The notes below the pieces were generated by a model, which was not told the DNA's origin, did not search any database, and was given only the letters and a program-made list of their open reading frames with translations. Positions 1-9,840 of a stretch of 48,082 nucleotides of DNA are shown here, in pieces. Made by a program: the position numbers and the translations under genes. The stretch spans positions 1 to 48,082 of the forward strand of contig JAFECN010000327.1 of assembly GCA_018242145.1 (NCBI GenBank), in the 5' to 3' direction. Origin of the DNA: Pseudomonadota bacterium (lineage in GTDB: Bacteria; Pseudomonadota; Alphaproteobacteria; Micropepsales; Micropepsaceae). Position 1 is the first letter of the stretch. Each line of letters begins with the position of its first letter.

Positions 1-843
1 ATAAAGAAGCGGGAAGATCACGATGAAGGGAAGCGCGAAACTGATGAGCGCCCAGATCAGGTCGCCGGTTCCGATCACCCAGTCCAGCGGCGAGAATTCC
101 GGGCCCTGTCCCTTGGTGATCGTCTTGGCCAGCGTGAACAGGGAATATTCGTTGCTGTAAGACCACCACGCATAAGGCGCGACGATGGCCAGCGCCAGAA
201 CCAGCGCCAGAACCAGCGGCCCTGTCTTGATGCGCGTACGCAGCCGCGGGGTAAGCGCGACACCCGCGGCAAACGCCACCGGCAAAACGAGGAACACATA
301 TTTCGACAGGATGCCCAGCCCGGTGATCGCGGCGAGCAGCAGATAATCGCGTGGGCTGCCTTTCGTGAGCACGCGCTCGCCGATCCACAGGAATGCCGCC
401 AGCATGGTCGTCAGCAAAACGGTGTGCATGAGATCGACCAGCGGCAGCCAGCCCATCACGAAGGTGGTGAGCAGGCCGAACGTCGCCAGCGCGGCCATGC
501 GCACGTCGCGGATGGCGATCCGCGCCGCCGCGAAATAGGCGATGAGGCCGCCCGCCATGATCGCATATTTCAGCAGGAAGAACGCCGCACGGCTGTTGTG
601 GGTCAGCGTCATCGTCGCCCAGGACAGCCAGGTGATCAGCGGCGGATGGCGGAAGCGATAGCCCCATTCCAGGCTTTGGCCGAACAGCACCTGCTCGGCT
701 TCGTCCAGCGTGTAGTTGGGCGAGAGCAGATAGCGGATCAGAAAATGAATCGCGCAATAGAGAATGAGAAACGCGATGACGCTCGACGGTTCGGCCAGGT
801 CGGCCCAGATATCGCGGCGCTTGCGGTCGGTCGCGGCGGTCAT
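1..843 (-). CDS. Glycosyltransferase family 39 / ArnT-Rgt-like polytopic membrane transferase (3' end runs off the window)
   Basis: Not in the ORF track. Hand translation from ATG 843 gives [73 protein letters not shown]..., with DEA, GY..HPPL and GILSKY motifs and many TM segments. In frame at base 1; overlaps the GT2 stop by 4 bp. Confidence 0.85.
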   Translation of the reverse strand, partial: MTAATDRKRRDIWADLAEPSSVIAFLILYCAIHFLIRYLLSPNYTLDEAEQVLFGQSLEWGYRFRHPPLITWLSWATMTLTHNSRAAFFLLKYAIMAGGLIAYFAAARIAIRDVRMAALATFGLLTTFVMGWLPLVDLMHTVLLTTMLAAFLWIGERVLTKGSPRDYLLLAAITGLGILSKYVFLVLPVAFAAGVALTPRLRTRIKTGPLVLALVLALAIVAPYAWWSYSNEYSLFTLAKTITKGQGPEFSPLDWVIGTGDLIWALISFALPFIVIFPLLY

Positions 844-1586
844 GTGCGCGGCAATTCCTCGGCCCGGGCCGGCGTGCCGCGGCGCATCAGCCAGAACACG
901 CCCAGCAGATCGAAGATGCCCGCGACGAGCCGGTCGAAGAATCCGTATTTCGAAACCCCCGCCACGCGGGCGCGATCTTCGATGTCCACCTGCAAGATAT
1001 TGTAGCCGCCCCGGCGCGTGAGCGCGGGCAGGAAGCGGTGCATGCCGTCGAAGAAGGGAAATCGCTGCGCGACATCGGTGCGGATCAGCTTGAAGCCGCA
1101 GCCGGTGTCCTTGGTGTCGTCGCGCAGCATGTTGCGGCGGATGAAATTCGCCGTGCGCGAGGAAACCCATTTGAGGGCGCCGTCATTGCGCCTTTTGCGC
1201 ACGCCCGCGACGATGCCGAGTTTGGGGTCGGGCATCGGCGCATGGATCATCTTCCACACGCGGGCCACATCCTGCGGATCGTTTTGCCGGTCGCCATCCA
1301 GCGTCTGCACCCAAGGCGCGCGCGCAGCGAAGAAGCCGGTGACGAGCCCCGCGCTTTTTCCCGAACGCTTCAGGTGATGGAAGAGGCGCACATTCGGATC
1401 GCGCGCGGCGGCCTGTTTCATCTCGGCGGGCGATGAGTCCGATGAGCCGTCGTCGATGAAGATCAATTCGTAGCGGCACACCCCGGTCAGTGCGGCGCGG
1501 ACCTCTTCGGCGAGGGGCAGGATGTTTCCGGCCTCATTATAGACGGGCACGATAACGGAAAGTTCGGGCGCGGGTTCGGCAGCCAC
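840..1586 (-). CDS. GT2 polyprenol-phosphate glycosyltransferase (DPM1/ArnC/RgtE-like)
   Basis: [33 protein letters not shown] and GVSKYG motifs. Start trimmed to GTG 1586 after AAGGG. Confidence 0.9.
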   Translation of the reverse strand: MAAEPAPELSVIVPVYNEAGNILPLAEEVRAALTGVCRYELIFIDDGSSDSSPAEMKQAAARDPNVRLFHHLKRSGKSAGLVTGFFAARAPWVQTLDGDRQNDPQDVARVWKMIHAPMPDPKLGIVAGVRKRRNDGALKWVSSRTANFIRRNMLRDDTKDTGCGFKLIRTDVAQRFPFFDGMHRFLPALTRRGGYNILQVDIEDRARVAGVSKYGFFDRLVAGIFDLLGVFWLMRRGTPARAEELPRT

Positions 1587-1655
1587 CAGATATGCCCTTT
1601 GCGTGAGGTCGGGCGTCCATATCGTGGATGAGCGCCCCGGTGCAAGTTTGGGATG

Positions 1656-1671
1656 TTTAACGCCTGTTAAC
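1656..1671. promoter_or_regulatory. Near-consensus CtrA box between GT2 and PBP1A
   Basis: TTTA-ACGCCTG-TTAAC, one mismatch to TTAA-N7-TTAAC. Confidence 0.45.
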
Positions 1672-1722
1672 CCTCTGGGCCTAGAAAAATCGCGCCTTTC
1701 CGAAATGGGCGAGCGCCTGGCC

Positions 1723-3795
1723 ATGGCGAAGAAGAAGACGTCGAAGCGCAAGGTCGAGCCCCGGTTCGAGCGGCGGATCAAATCCATCGCCGAACGCGAG
1801 CCGCCGGAGCCGGACGACGACTACGAAGACGATGACGATGACGGCGATGCGCTGCAAGCGGCCGCGCCGCGGCGAAGCTGGCCCTATGTGCTGGCGTTGC
1901 TGCTCGCCTGGGGCCTGATCGGCGGCGGGGTCTTCCTGTCGCGCTGGATTTCGGAACTGCCGGATACGCGGGGGCTTCTCGCCAAAGGCCCATCGCACGA
2001 CATCACCATTCTGGACGTGCGCGGGCGCCAGATCGCGCGGCGCGGGCTGACGCACGGCAACATGGTCGGCGTTGCCGCGCTCCCGCCCTATGTGCCCAAC
2101 GCCTTCATCGCCATCGAGGATCGCCGTTTCCGCGATCACTTCGGTCTCGATCCCATCGGCCTTGTCCGTGCCGCGTTCGAGAACATGATCGCGGGGCATG
2201 TCACGCAAGGCGGATCGACACTCACCCAGCAGCTTGCGAAGAATCTCTTTCTCACGCCCAAGCGGACCTTCGAGCGCAAGGCGCAAGAAGCCCTTCTCGC
2301 GCTCTATCTGGAGTCGCGCTATTCGAAGGACCAGATCCTCACGCTTTATCTGAACCGCGTCTATTTCGGCGCGGGGGTGTTCGGCATCGAGGCGGCGGCG
2401 GAACGCTTCTTCGGCAAGCCCGCCGCGCAACTCACTTTGCCGGAAGCGGCGATGCTGGCCGGTTCGGTGAAAGCGCCGGCGCGCTACAATCCGCTGGCCG
2501 ATGCCGACGCCTCGATGAAACGCGCGCGCATGGTTCTGCGCGCGATGGAAGATTCCGGATTCATCTCCGACGGCCAGCGCAGCGCGGCACAGGCCACGCG
2601 CCCCCGTGTCGTGCGCAACACCGCCACCCCCGGTTCCGGTTATTTCGCCGATTGGGTGATCGACCAGATACAATCCTATGTCGGCGCGCTCACCGAGCCG
2701 GTGATCGTGCGCACGACCTTCGATCTCAGCACGCAGGAACTGGCCGAACGCGCGGTGGCGCAGAACTTCGCGCAATATGCCGCCAAGCTGCATGCCGGGC
2801 AGGCGGCGCTGGTCGCGATGACGCCGGACGGCGCGATCCGCGCCATGGTGGGCGGCCGCTCCTATGGGCAGAGCACGTTCAACCGCGCCACCACGGCGTT
2901 GCGCCAGCCGGGCTCGGCGTTCAAGCCGTTCCTCTATCTCACGGCGTTCGAGCATGGCCGCAAACCCTCCGACATCATGGATGACGGTCCGGTCGATATT
3001 CACGGCTGGAAGCCCGGCAATTACGAAGGCCATTTCGAAGGCGACATCACGCTCACGCGGGCCTTCGCGAAATCCTCGAACGTCGTCGCAGCACAACTGG
3101 CGGCGGAAGTCGGCCCCAAAGCGGTGGTGAAGACCGCGCACCGGCTGGGCATCAATTCAAACCTGCTGGCCGTGCCGTCGATTGCGCTGGGCTCCTCGGC
3201 GGTCACGCCGCTGGAGCTGACGGGGGCCTATGCGCCCTTCGCCAATGGCGGCGAGGCCGTCATTCCGCACGGCATCGTCGATATCAAGACGCGCAGCGGC
3301 AAGGTCATTTGGGAGCGCAAGGGTTCCGGCAAAGGCCGCGTGATGTCGCCGGAGAACGCGGCGGAAGTCGTGAGCATGATGACCGAAGTCATGGCCAACG
3401 GAACCGGCAGAGCGGCGCGCCTTGCCGAGCGCCCGAGCGCGGGCAAAACCGGCACGACGCAGGATTACCACGATGCCTGGTTCGTCGGCTTCACCGCCGA
3501 TCTCGTCACGGGCGTCTGGGTCGGAAACGACAACAACGCCCCGATGGTGCGCGCCACGGGCGGCGGATTGCCGGCGCATGTGTTCCACAGTTTCATGGAA
3601 GCGGCCGAGAAGGGATTGCCGGTGAAACCGTTGCCCGCGCTGGCCGCGATGCCGGTGGCGCAAGCCGAAACGCCGGCGGTGGAATCCTCCGCGCCCGCAC
3701 CGGCGGCAGCCGCTGCCGAAAAGCCGCCGCAAACCATCGAGGACATTCTCAACCGTCTGGCGTCCGGTGGGCCGCAAACGTCCTCTTCGCCTTGA
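1723..3795 (+). CDS. Class A penicillin-binding protein (PBP1A family, transglycosylase/transpeptidase)
   Basis: [34 protein letters not shown] and KTGT motifs. One TM helix after an acidic N-terminal tail. Start MAKKK at 1723. Confidence 0.95.
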   Translation: MAKKKTSKRKVEPRFERRIKSIAEREPPEPDDDYEDDDDDGDALQAAAPRRSWPYVLALLLAWGLIGGGVFLSRWISELPDTRGLLAKGPSHDITILDVRGRQIARRGLTHGNMVGVAALPPYVPNAFIAIEDRRFRDHFGLDPIGLVRAAFENMIAGHVTQGGSTLTQQLAKNLFLTPKRTFERKAQEALLALYLESRYSKDQILTLYLNRVYFGAGVFGIEAAAERFFGKPAAQLTLPEAAMLAGSVKAPARYNPLADADASMKRARMVLRAMEDSGFISDGQRSAAQATRPRVVRNTATPGSGYFADWVIDQIQSYVGALTEPVIVRTTFDLSTQELAERAVAQNFAQYAAKLHAGQAALVAMTPDGAIRAMVGGRSYGQSTFNRATTALRQPGSAFKPFLYLTAFEHGRKPSDIMDDGPVDIHGWKPGNYEGHFEGDITLTRAFAKSSNVVAAQLAAEVGPKAVVKTAHRLGINSNLLAVPSIALGSSAVTPLELTGAYAPFANGGEAVIPHGIVDIKTRSGKVIWERKGSGKGRVMSPENAAEVVSMMTEVMANGTGRAARLAERPSAGKTGTTQDYHDAWFVGFTADLVTGVWVGNDNNAPMVRATGGGLPAHVFHSFMEAAEKGLPVKPLPALAAMPVAQAETPAVESSAPAPAAAAAEKPPQTIEDILNRLASGGPQTSSSP

Positions 3796-3837
3796 TGCGC
3801 ATTGCGGTTGCGCGCGCCGCTCAATAGGTTGCGCGCG

Positions 3838-4455
3838 ATGCGCTCCGTGCCGGACATTCTTTACAACTTCCATTGGGTCGTGCCCGGCGAGGCGGCGCGT
3901 TCCGCGCAAGCCTATGCAGGTTTTCTGGGCCCGTTCCTTTCGGCCCACGGCATCCGCAGCGTGATCAATCTGCGCGGGCCGAACGAGAAATACCGCTGGT
4001 GGCATTACGAGAAGCGCGTGACGCAAGAAGCCGGGATCGCGCATTTCGACACGATGCTCAACTCGCGCCGTTTGCCGACGCGGCAGATGCTGATCAATCT
4101 GCTCGCCGCCTTCGATGCCGCGCCGAAGCCGCTCCTCATCAAATGCTCGGGCGGACAGGACCGCTCCAGCTTCGCGAGCGCGCTCTACATCATTCACAGA
4201 AAAGGCTGGGGCGCGTTCGATGAAGCATCGAAGCAATTCTCAGCATGGCCCTATCTGCACCGGCCCAAGCTGCACCAGCGCTGGCTGAAGCATTTTCTCA
4301 CCTATGCGCGCGAAGAGGCGCATGGCCGTCCCTTGTCCGAATGGATTGCCGGCGATTACACGCCGGAGAAAATGAAACTGTGGCTGGAAGATCTCGGCTG
4401 GGGCGATTTCTTCCGCGGTCTTCACGACAAGCCGGGCAGCGCGCCTGGGATATGA
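3838..4455 (+). CDS. Cys-based protein tyrosine/dual-specificity phosphatase family protein
   Basis: RSAQ, GIRSVINLRG and the P-loop KCSGGQDRS (CX5R). Start uncertain (3802 or 3838). Confidence 0.8.
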   Translation: MRSVPDILYNFHWVVPGEAARSAQAYAGFLGPFLSAHGIRSVINLRGPNEKYRWWHYEKRVTQEAGIAHFDTMLNSRRLPTRQMLINLLAAFDAAPKPLLIKCSGGQDRSSFASALYIIHRKGWGAFDEASKQFSAWPYLHRPKLHQRWLKHFLTYAREEAHGRPLSEWIAGDYTPEKMKLWLEDLGWGDFFRGLHDKPGSAPGI

Positions 4456-5081
4456 ACCTTCCCCACGGAATCCGCATCGCCGATGGCGTGACGCTATGGC
4501 CGCAAGCCTTCGATGCAAAAGCGCAAGCCGCGTTGATGGGCGATGTTTTCGCGCGGGTCGAAACCGCGCCGTTCTACAAGCCGTTGATGCCCGGATCGGG
4601 AAAGCCCTTCTCGGTCGAGGAAACCAATTTCGGAACGCTCGGCTGGATCTCGGACCGGACCGGCTATCGCTACGAAGCGTTGCATCCGGCGACGAAAAAG
4701 CCATGGCCGGACATCCCCGATGTGCTGCGCGATCTTTGGGCGGCGGCAACCCGTCAGATCGCGCCGCCGGAATGTTGCCTGGTGAATCTCTATCGCGGCC
4801 CGGCCCGCATGGGGCTGCATCAGGACAAGGACGAAGCGGCTTTGAATGTTCCGGTGCTATCCGTCTCGCTGGGCGACACCGCGCTCTTCCGCATTGGCGG
4901 AACCAGTCGCCGGGGCGCGACCCAAAGCCTGAAACTGGCGTCGGGAGACGTGCTCGCATTCGGCGGCCCGGCGCGGCTGGCCTATCACGGGGTGGATCGG
5001 GTGCTGGCGGGAACGTCGCGGCTGATCTCCGGCGGCGGCCGGATCAATCTCACGCTCCGGCGCGTGACCCCGACAAAATAG
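4452..5081 (+). CDS. alkB: Alpha-ketoglutarate-dependent dioxygenase AlkB
   Basis: CLVNLY, MGLHQDKDE, SVSLG, YHGV and GRINLTLR motifs. ATGA overlap with the phosphatase gene. Confidence 0.93.
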   Translation: MNLPHGIRIADGVTLWPQAFDAKAQAALMGDVFARVETAPFYKPLMPGSGKPFSVEETNFGTLGWISDRTGYRYEALHPATKKPWPDIPDVLRDLWAAATRQIAPPECCLVNLYRGPARMGLHQDKDEAALNVPVLSVSLGDTALFRIGGTSRRGATQSLKLASGDVLAFGGPARLAYHGVDRVLAGTSRLISGGGRINLTLRRVTPTK

Positions 5082-5111
5082 CGCCCGATCGGGGGGCCGA
5101 CCGGGCGCTAT
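5073..5111 (-). terminator. Intrinsic terminator (U-tract on minus strand), overlapping the alkB stop
   Basis: ATAGCGCCCGGTCGG-CCCC-CCGATCGGGCGCTAT followed by TTTGT on the minus strand. Confidence 0.8.
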
Positions 5112-5220
5112 GCGCCGTTACGCGCGGGTGCCGGGAGGGGATGACCGGCACCTTCGAAGAGACGACACCCAGCGTGCGAGCGGGGGGGCAGTGCGTACTG
5201 GGCGATAACCGCCTCTTCGT
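5073..5220 (-). ncRNA. Candidate small RNA with three hairpins and C-rich loops
   Basis: Hairpins at 5155-5219, 5127-5152 and 5078-5111; the last has a U-tail on the minus strand. A sigma70-like promoter lies directly upstream. Confidence 0.6.
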
Positions 5221-5225
5221 CCATG

Positions 5226-5254
5226 AAGATATGCACGAAAGCCACACTTTGCAA
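5226..5254 (-). promoter_or_regulatory. Sigma70-like promoter of the candidate sRNA
   Basis: TTGCAA-N17-TATCTT on the minus strand, with an AT-rich upstream region. Confidence 0.65.
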
Positions 5255-5333
5255 GAATTCTTTTAGAAAATGGATTTAATGAAACTTTATTAGTGACAGG
5301 CGCAATTTTGTCACATCGCGAAATGAGACCGAA

Positions 5334-5987
5334 TCAGCCCTGCAGGGCCACCAGCCGCCGCCGCAGCGCCGTGGCCCAGTTTTCGGCCAGTCCCGGCGCG
5401 GCCAGGACGCGCTCCAGCGCCTCGGCCGGAGCTTTGCCCAGCACCGCAAAAAAGGCCTCGCGCACCGTTGCGGCGCCGCTGGCATGAACCCGTTCCAGCG
5501 CGGCCCCGTGCACCGGCGCCATCCCTTCCTGGGTGACGCGAAGATAGAAACCGCAGCGGCCGGATAACGTCATCAGCCTCGCCGCCTCGCCGCGCCGGGT
5601 GTGGATCGCGAGCTTGTAACAGGGCGCGCGCGGCTGGGCGACTTCCAGTTCCGCATCGCCCCAGCGGAAGCGGTCGCCGATCGCGATTTCGGTTTCGTCG
5701 CCCTGTTCCAGCGTGAGGTTCTCGCCGAAGCTGGCGGGCCTGCATGGCAGATGATGCTCGTTTTCCCACCACGGCCAATGCGAGGCGGAATAGGCATAGA
5801 CCGCCCTGTCGACGCCGCCATGCACGGAAAGATCGGCCTGCCCATCGCCATCGATGTTCAGCGCGCGGACGAAAAGCCGGTCTTGCGGGACGGCGCGCTT
5901 GTCGATGCCGGACAGCACCGGCTCGTCATTCACCGTCCCGATGATCCGGGGACGCCCGACATTGACGGAGAGGATGCGCAGCCGCAT
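5334..5987 (-). CDS. MOSC domain-containing protein (YiiM-like)
   Basis: GDGQADLSVHGG, FGENLT, QPRAPCYKL and GFYLRV motifs. Confidence 0.92.
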   Translation of the reverse strand: MRLRILSVNVGRPRIIGTVNDEPVLSGIDKRAVPQDRLFVRALNIDGDGQADLSVHGGVDRAVYAYSASHWPWWENEHHLPCRPASFGENLTLEQGDETEIAIGDRFRWGDAELEVAQPRAPCYKLAIHTRRGEAARLMTLSGRCGFYLRVTQEGMAPVHGAALERVHASGAATVREAFFAVLGKAPAEALERVLAAPGLAENWATALRRRLVALQG

Positions 5988-6127
5988 TGCTTATAACATA
6001 GTCGCCGGACGCAACTTCACAACCGCCGCAACGGCATGCCGGACGCGCTCTCAACAAACGCTGTTTGGCGTTGACGGACCGGACGGCACGGTCCATCACG
6101 CCCGGCCGCTTCCGCCAAGGAAACCGC

Positions 6128-7546
6128 ATGTCCACGCCCCGCCGCGCCTTTGACCCGCGCCTTCTCGAAGGGTCGATTGTCAGGTCTCTCTTTCTTCTCG
6201 CCGTACCGATCGTGGGCGCGAACATCCTGCAGGTCGCCTATCAGCTCGTGGATGCGTTCTGGGTGGGCCGGCTTGGCGCCGATGCCGTGGCGGCGGTTTC
6301 GATCACCATGCCGCTGATGTTCGTGCTGGTCGCCGCCGGCATGGGCTTCGCGATCGCGGGCACCACGCTCATCGCGCAATACACCGGCGCGCGCGATCAC
6401 GCGATGGTCGATCATGTGGCGGCGCAGACGCTCATCGCCATCACCGCCGTCGCCGTTGTTCTGGCGGCGGTCGGCATCGCGCTTCTGCCCTGGATATTGC
6501 ATGCCATGGGCGTTTCACCGACGGTGTACCGCGACGCGCTCAGCTTCATGCGCATCATCTTCGCGGCGCTGCCCTTCACGTTCGGCTATGCGATGGTGCA
6601 GGCGCTGTTGCGGGGCGTGGGCGAGGTGAAGATTCCGCTCTACATCGTGGCGGGCACGGTCATCATCAATTTCGTTCTCGATCCGGTGCTGATCTTCGGC
6701 CATGCGGGCTTTCCGGCGCTCGGCGTCGCCGGCGCGGCGATTGCCACGCTGGTGGCGCAGATGATCGCGGCCTGTGCCGGCATGGTCATCCTGTTCGGCG
6801 GCCGCTTCGGCATCCATCTGGACTGGCATCACTTCCGGCCGGATTTCGCTTTCGTGAAGCGCGCCTTCCTGCTGGGCTATCCCGCATCCATCGAGCAATC
6901 GACGCGCGGGCTGGGCATGCTCGTGATGACGTTCCTCGTCACCAGCTTCGGCACGGTGGCCATCGCCAGCTATGGCGTCGGCACCAATGTGGTCAATGTC
7001 GTCGTCATTCCGGCGATGGGGCTTGCGATGGCCACCACCACTCTGGTCGGTCAGAACATCGGCGCGGGCAATATCCAGCGCGCGGAAAGCGTGGCGCGGC
7101 TGGCGGCGCTGGTCACCTTCGCGGCGCTGACGGTCGCGGGCGGGTTATGCTTCTTCCTCGCAACGCCGATCATGCGGTTCTTCGTGCCGGAAGCGCCCGG
7201 CGTGATCGCGGAGGGCGCGCGCTTCATTCGCATCATGGCGTGGAGCTTCGGCTTCGTCGGGTTGCAATTCGCGCTTCTTGCCGTGCTGCGCGCCGCGGGC
7301 GAGATGCTGCCGGCGATGGCGACCACGCTGTTTTCCCAATGGTGCCTGCAATTGCCGCTCGCGTGGCTGCTGTCGCGGCACCTGTCGGTGGACGGCTTGT
7401 GGTGGTCGCTGCCCGTCGCGAATGTGGCGGCAGCCGTCATCGCGGCGGCGCTGTTCCAGTCGGGCCGCTGGAAGACGCGCCGCCTCGCCGCCCCAACCTC
7501 GATTGCCGCCGGTCAACTGGCGGTCGAGGAAGAGGCGCAGATGTGA
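6128..7546 (+). CDS. MATE family efflux transporter
   Basis: LAVPIV..YQLVDAFWVGRLG, NFVLDPVLIFG and VGQNIGAG motifs; about 12 TM segments. Confidence 0.93.
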   Translation: MSTPRRAFDPRLLEGSIVRSLFLLAVPIVGANILQVAYQLVDAFWVGRLGADAVAAVSITMPLMFVLVAAGMGFAIAGTTLIAQYTGARDHAMVDHVAAQTLIAITAVAVVLAAVGIALLPWILHAMGVSPTVYRDALSFMRIIFAALPFTFGYAMVQALLRGVGEVKIPLYIVAGTVIINFVLDPVLIFGHAGFPALGVAGAAIATLVAQMIAACAGMVILFGGRFGIHLDWHHFRPDFAFVKRAFLLGYPASIEQSTRGLGMLVMTFLVTSFGTVAIASYGVGTNVVNVVVIPAMGLAMATTTLVGQNIGAGNIQRAESVARLAALVTFAALTVAGGLCFFLATPIMRFFVPEAPGVIAEGARFIRIMAWSFGFVGLQFALLAVLRAAGEMLPAMATTLFSQWCLQLPLAWLLSRHLSVDGLWWSLPVANVAAAVIAAALFQSGRWKTRRLAAPTSIAAGQLAVEEEAQM

Positions 7547-7550
7547 GGCG

Positions 7551-8939
7551 TCACATCTTCTTGTAGTCGCGCGCGGTGTTGTCGATGGCCGCTTTCAGCT
7601 TGGCGACGATCTCTTCCACTTCGCTTTCGGAGACGATGAAGGGCGGCGCCAGAACCATGGTATCGCGGATCGCGCGGCTGATAAGGCCGGAGCCGAAGCA
7701 ATAGTTGCGGCAATGGGTGCCGACATCGCCGATGTTCGGGAAGAATTCGCGCTTGCCCTTGTCCGCCACAAGCTCGATGGCCGCGATCAGGCCGATGCCG
7801 CGCACCTCGCCCACGATGGGATGGCCCTCGAACGTCTCGCGCAGGCGCCGCTGCATATAGGGGCCGATGCCGCTCTTCACATTCGGCACCATCTTCTCGC
7901 GCTCCATCACTTCCAGATTCTTGAGCGCGACGGCGCTGGCGACCGGATGGCCGGAATAGGTGTAGCCATGCACCAGTTCCTCGTTGGCATTGGCGATGGC
8001 ATCGCCCATGCGCTCGCCCAGCGAGATGGCGCTGATCGGCTGGTAACCGGAGGATAGGCCCTTCGCCATCGTCATGATGTCGGGCTTGATGCCGTAGGTC
8101 AGCGAGCCGAACCATTCGCCGGTGCGCCCGAAGCCGGTGATCACTTCGTCGGTATGGATCAGGACATCGTGCTTCTTGCAGATGCGGTTGATCTCCTCCC
8201 AGTAGCCCGGCGGCGGGAAGATCACGCCGCCCGCGCCATGCACCGGCTCAGCGGAGAAGGACGCCACATTGTCCGCGCCGAGTTCAAGAATCTTCTTCTC
8301 AAGCTGCTCGGCCACCTTGCGGCCCAATTCTTCCGGCGTCACATCGCCATAAGCTTCTTTGGAGCCATACCAATAGGGCGTGGGCACTTTCTCGAAGCCC
8401 GGCAGCGGCAGATCGAATTGCGGATGCATCGGCGTCAGCCCGGACAGCGAAGCCGCCGCCATCGTCACGCCGTGGTATGCCAGTTCGCGCGACAGATGGA
8501 TTTTCTTGTGCGGCTTCTTCTTCAGGTTCCAGTAATAGCGGATCAGCTTCAGCGCACTGTCATTCGCCTCGGAGCCGGAGCTTGCGAACAATACCCGCTC
8601 ATGTCCTTCCGGCAGAAGCTTCGCCATCTTGTCGGCAAGTTCGGCGGTGTAGGGATTCGTCGTCTTGAAGAAGTGGTTGTAGTAGGGAAGCGTCTTCAGC
8701 GCTTCATACCCGGCATCCGCCAGTTCGCGGTTGCCATAACCGGCCTGAACGCACCAAAGGCCGGACATGCCGTCCAGAATCTTCTCGCCGTTGGAATCCC
8801 ACAGATAGACGCCGTCGGCGCGGGTGATGACGCGCACGCCTTCCTTGTTGAGGGCCGCGGTGTCGGTGAAGGGATGGATGTGATGGGCGGCGTCGATCGC
8901 CTGCCAATGCTTGGTGAGATTGTGTTCGCGCGTGTTCAT
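7551..8939 (-). CDS. Class III PLP aminotransferase (SpuC-like polyamine/omega-amino acid:pyruvate aminotransferase)
   Basis: DGMSGLWC, SGSEAND, YHGVT, DEVITGFGRTG, MAKGLSSGY and HGYTYSGHP motifs. Confidence 0.92.
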   Translation of the reverse strand: MNTREHNLTKHWQAIDAAHHIHPFTDTAALNKEGVRVITRADGVYLWDSNGEKILDGMSGLWCVQAGYGNRELADAGYEALKTLPYYNHFFKTTNPYTAELADKMAKLLPEGHERVLFASSGSEANDSALKLIRYYWNLKKKPHKKIHLSRELAYHGVTMAAASLSGLTPMHPQFDLPLPGFEKVPTPYWYGSKEAYGDVTPEELGRKVAEQLEKKILELGADNVASFSAEPVHGAGGVIFPPPGYWEEINRICKKHDVLIHTDEVITGFGRTGEWFGSLTYGIKPDIMTMAKGLSSGYQPISAISLGERMGDAIANANEELVHGYTYSGHPVASAVALKNLEVMEREKMVPNVKSGIGPYMQRRLRETFEGHPIVGEVRGIGLIAAIELVADKGKREFFPNIGDVGTHCRNYCFGSGLISRAIRDTMVLAPPFIVSESEVEEIVAKLKAAIDNTARDYKKM

Positions 8940-9094
8940 TCTCGTTCTCTCTGATGCCGTGGAAAATAGCGGGGCAGGCGGCAAAGCGCCCGGGCGTCAG
9001 GCGCGCGGCGGGTTATAGCCGATGCGGGCGCAGAGAATGAGAAGGGAATGCTTGGAACCCATGCGCGCCAGTTTAGCAGCGCGCAGGCGAAACG

Positions 9095-9745
9095 TCACGC
9101 CGCGTTTGCCTTGGGACCTTCGCCCTGTTTTGCGATTGCGCGCGCATAGGCGGGCCGCGCGCGGCAGCGCTCGCGATAGGCCGCAACCGCCGGATGCCGC
9201 GCGAACAGGTCCGGTTCGGACTGCGCGAAATCCAGCACCGTGGACATCAGAATGTCGGCAGGCCCAAAGGTGTTTCCGACGAGATAGTCCTTGCCACCCA
9301 GCGCGCGCGACAGATCGGCGAGCCGCTCGTCCGCCATCTCCAGAATTTCCGGATACCGCACCTCGCGGCCCGGCCGGTCGCGCCAGCGATAATTCCACCG
9401 CAACACTTCGATCAGCACGGGCTCGACGGTGTTGAGCGCCGCAAAGCACCACTGGTTCACGTCCGCGCGCGCATGCGCGTCCTGGGCGCCCTTGCCGGCA
9501 TTGTCATAGAGGTAAAGAACGATGGCGCCGCTTTCGAAGATGCGCTGCGCGCCGTCTTCCAACGCGGGAATTTTGCCGAAAGGGCTGACCGCGCGGCGGT
9601 CCATCGCGGCGGGGCCGCCCTTCATGTAGTCGAACCAGCTTATTTCATAGGGAAGGCCGAGTTCTTCCAGCGCCCAGAGCACGCGGATGTCGCGCACGAT
9701 GCCCTTCGCGCCGGGAAAATTATAGGCCGCATAGACCGTGATCAT
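9095..9745 (-). CDS. Glutathione S-transferase family protein
   Basis: RVLWALEELGLPY, PFGKIPALED and FESGAI motifs. Start trimmed to MITVY at 9745. Confidence 0.9.
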   Translation of the reverse strand: MITVYAAYNFPGAKGIVRDIRVLWALEELGLPYEISWFDYMKGGPAAMDRRAVSPFGKIPALEDGAQRIFESGAIVLYLYDNAGKGAQDAHARADVNQWCFAALNTVEPVLIEVLRWNYRWRDRPGREVRYPEILEMADERLADLSRALGGKDYLVGNTFGPADILMSTVLDFAQSEPDLFARHPAVAAYRERCRARPAYARAIAKQGEGPKANAA

Positions 9746-9840
9746 CGCCGAAACCTCTGCCGGGACGGCGACGCTAACAGCCCGGTGCTGCAACGTCACT
9801 TCCCTTTCACCGCCACAGGCATCGCCTCGCCCATGCGCTA

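Noticed and set aside
5141-5266. 41-codon plus-strand ORF after GGGAGGGG (possible type I toxin or leader peptide)
   Set aside because: The SD abuts the ATG, the peptide is not hydrophobic, and the G-runs are better explained as the complement of the sRNA loops.
8997-9062. 21-aa ORF (MGSKH...NPPRA) upstream of the aminotransferase as a leader peptide
   Set aside because: No RBS, no known arrest motif and no attenuator. The region more likely holds the promoter (TATAAC).
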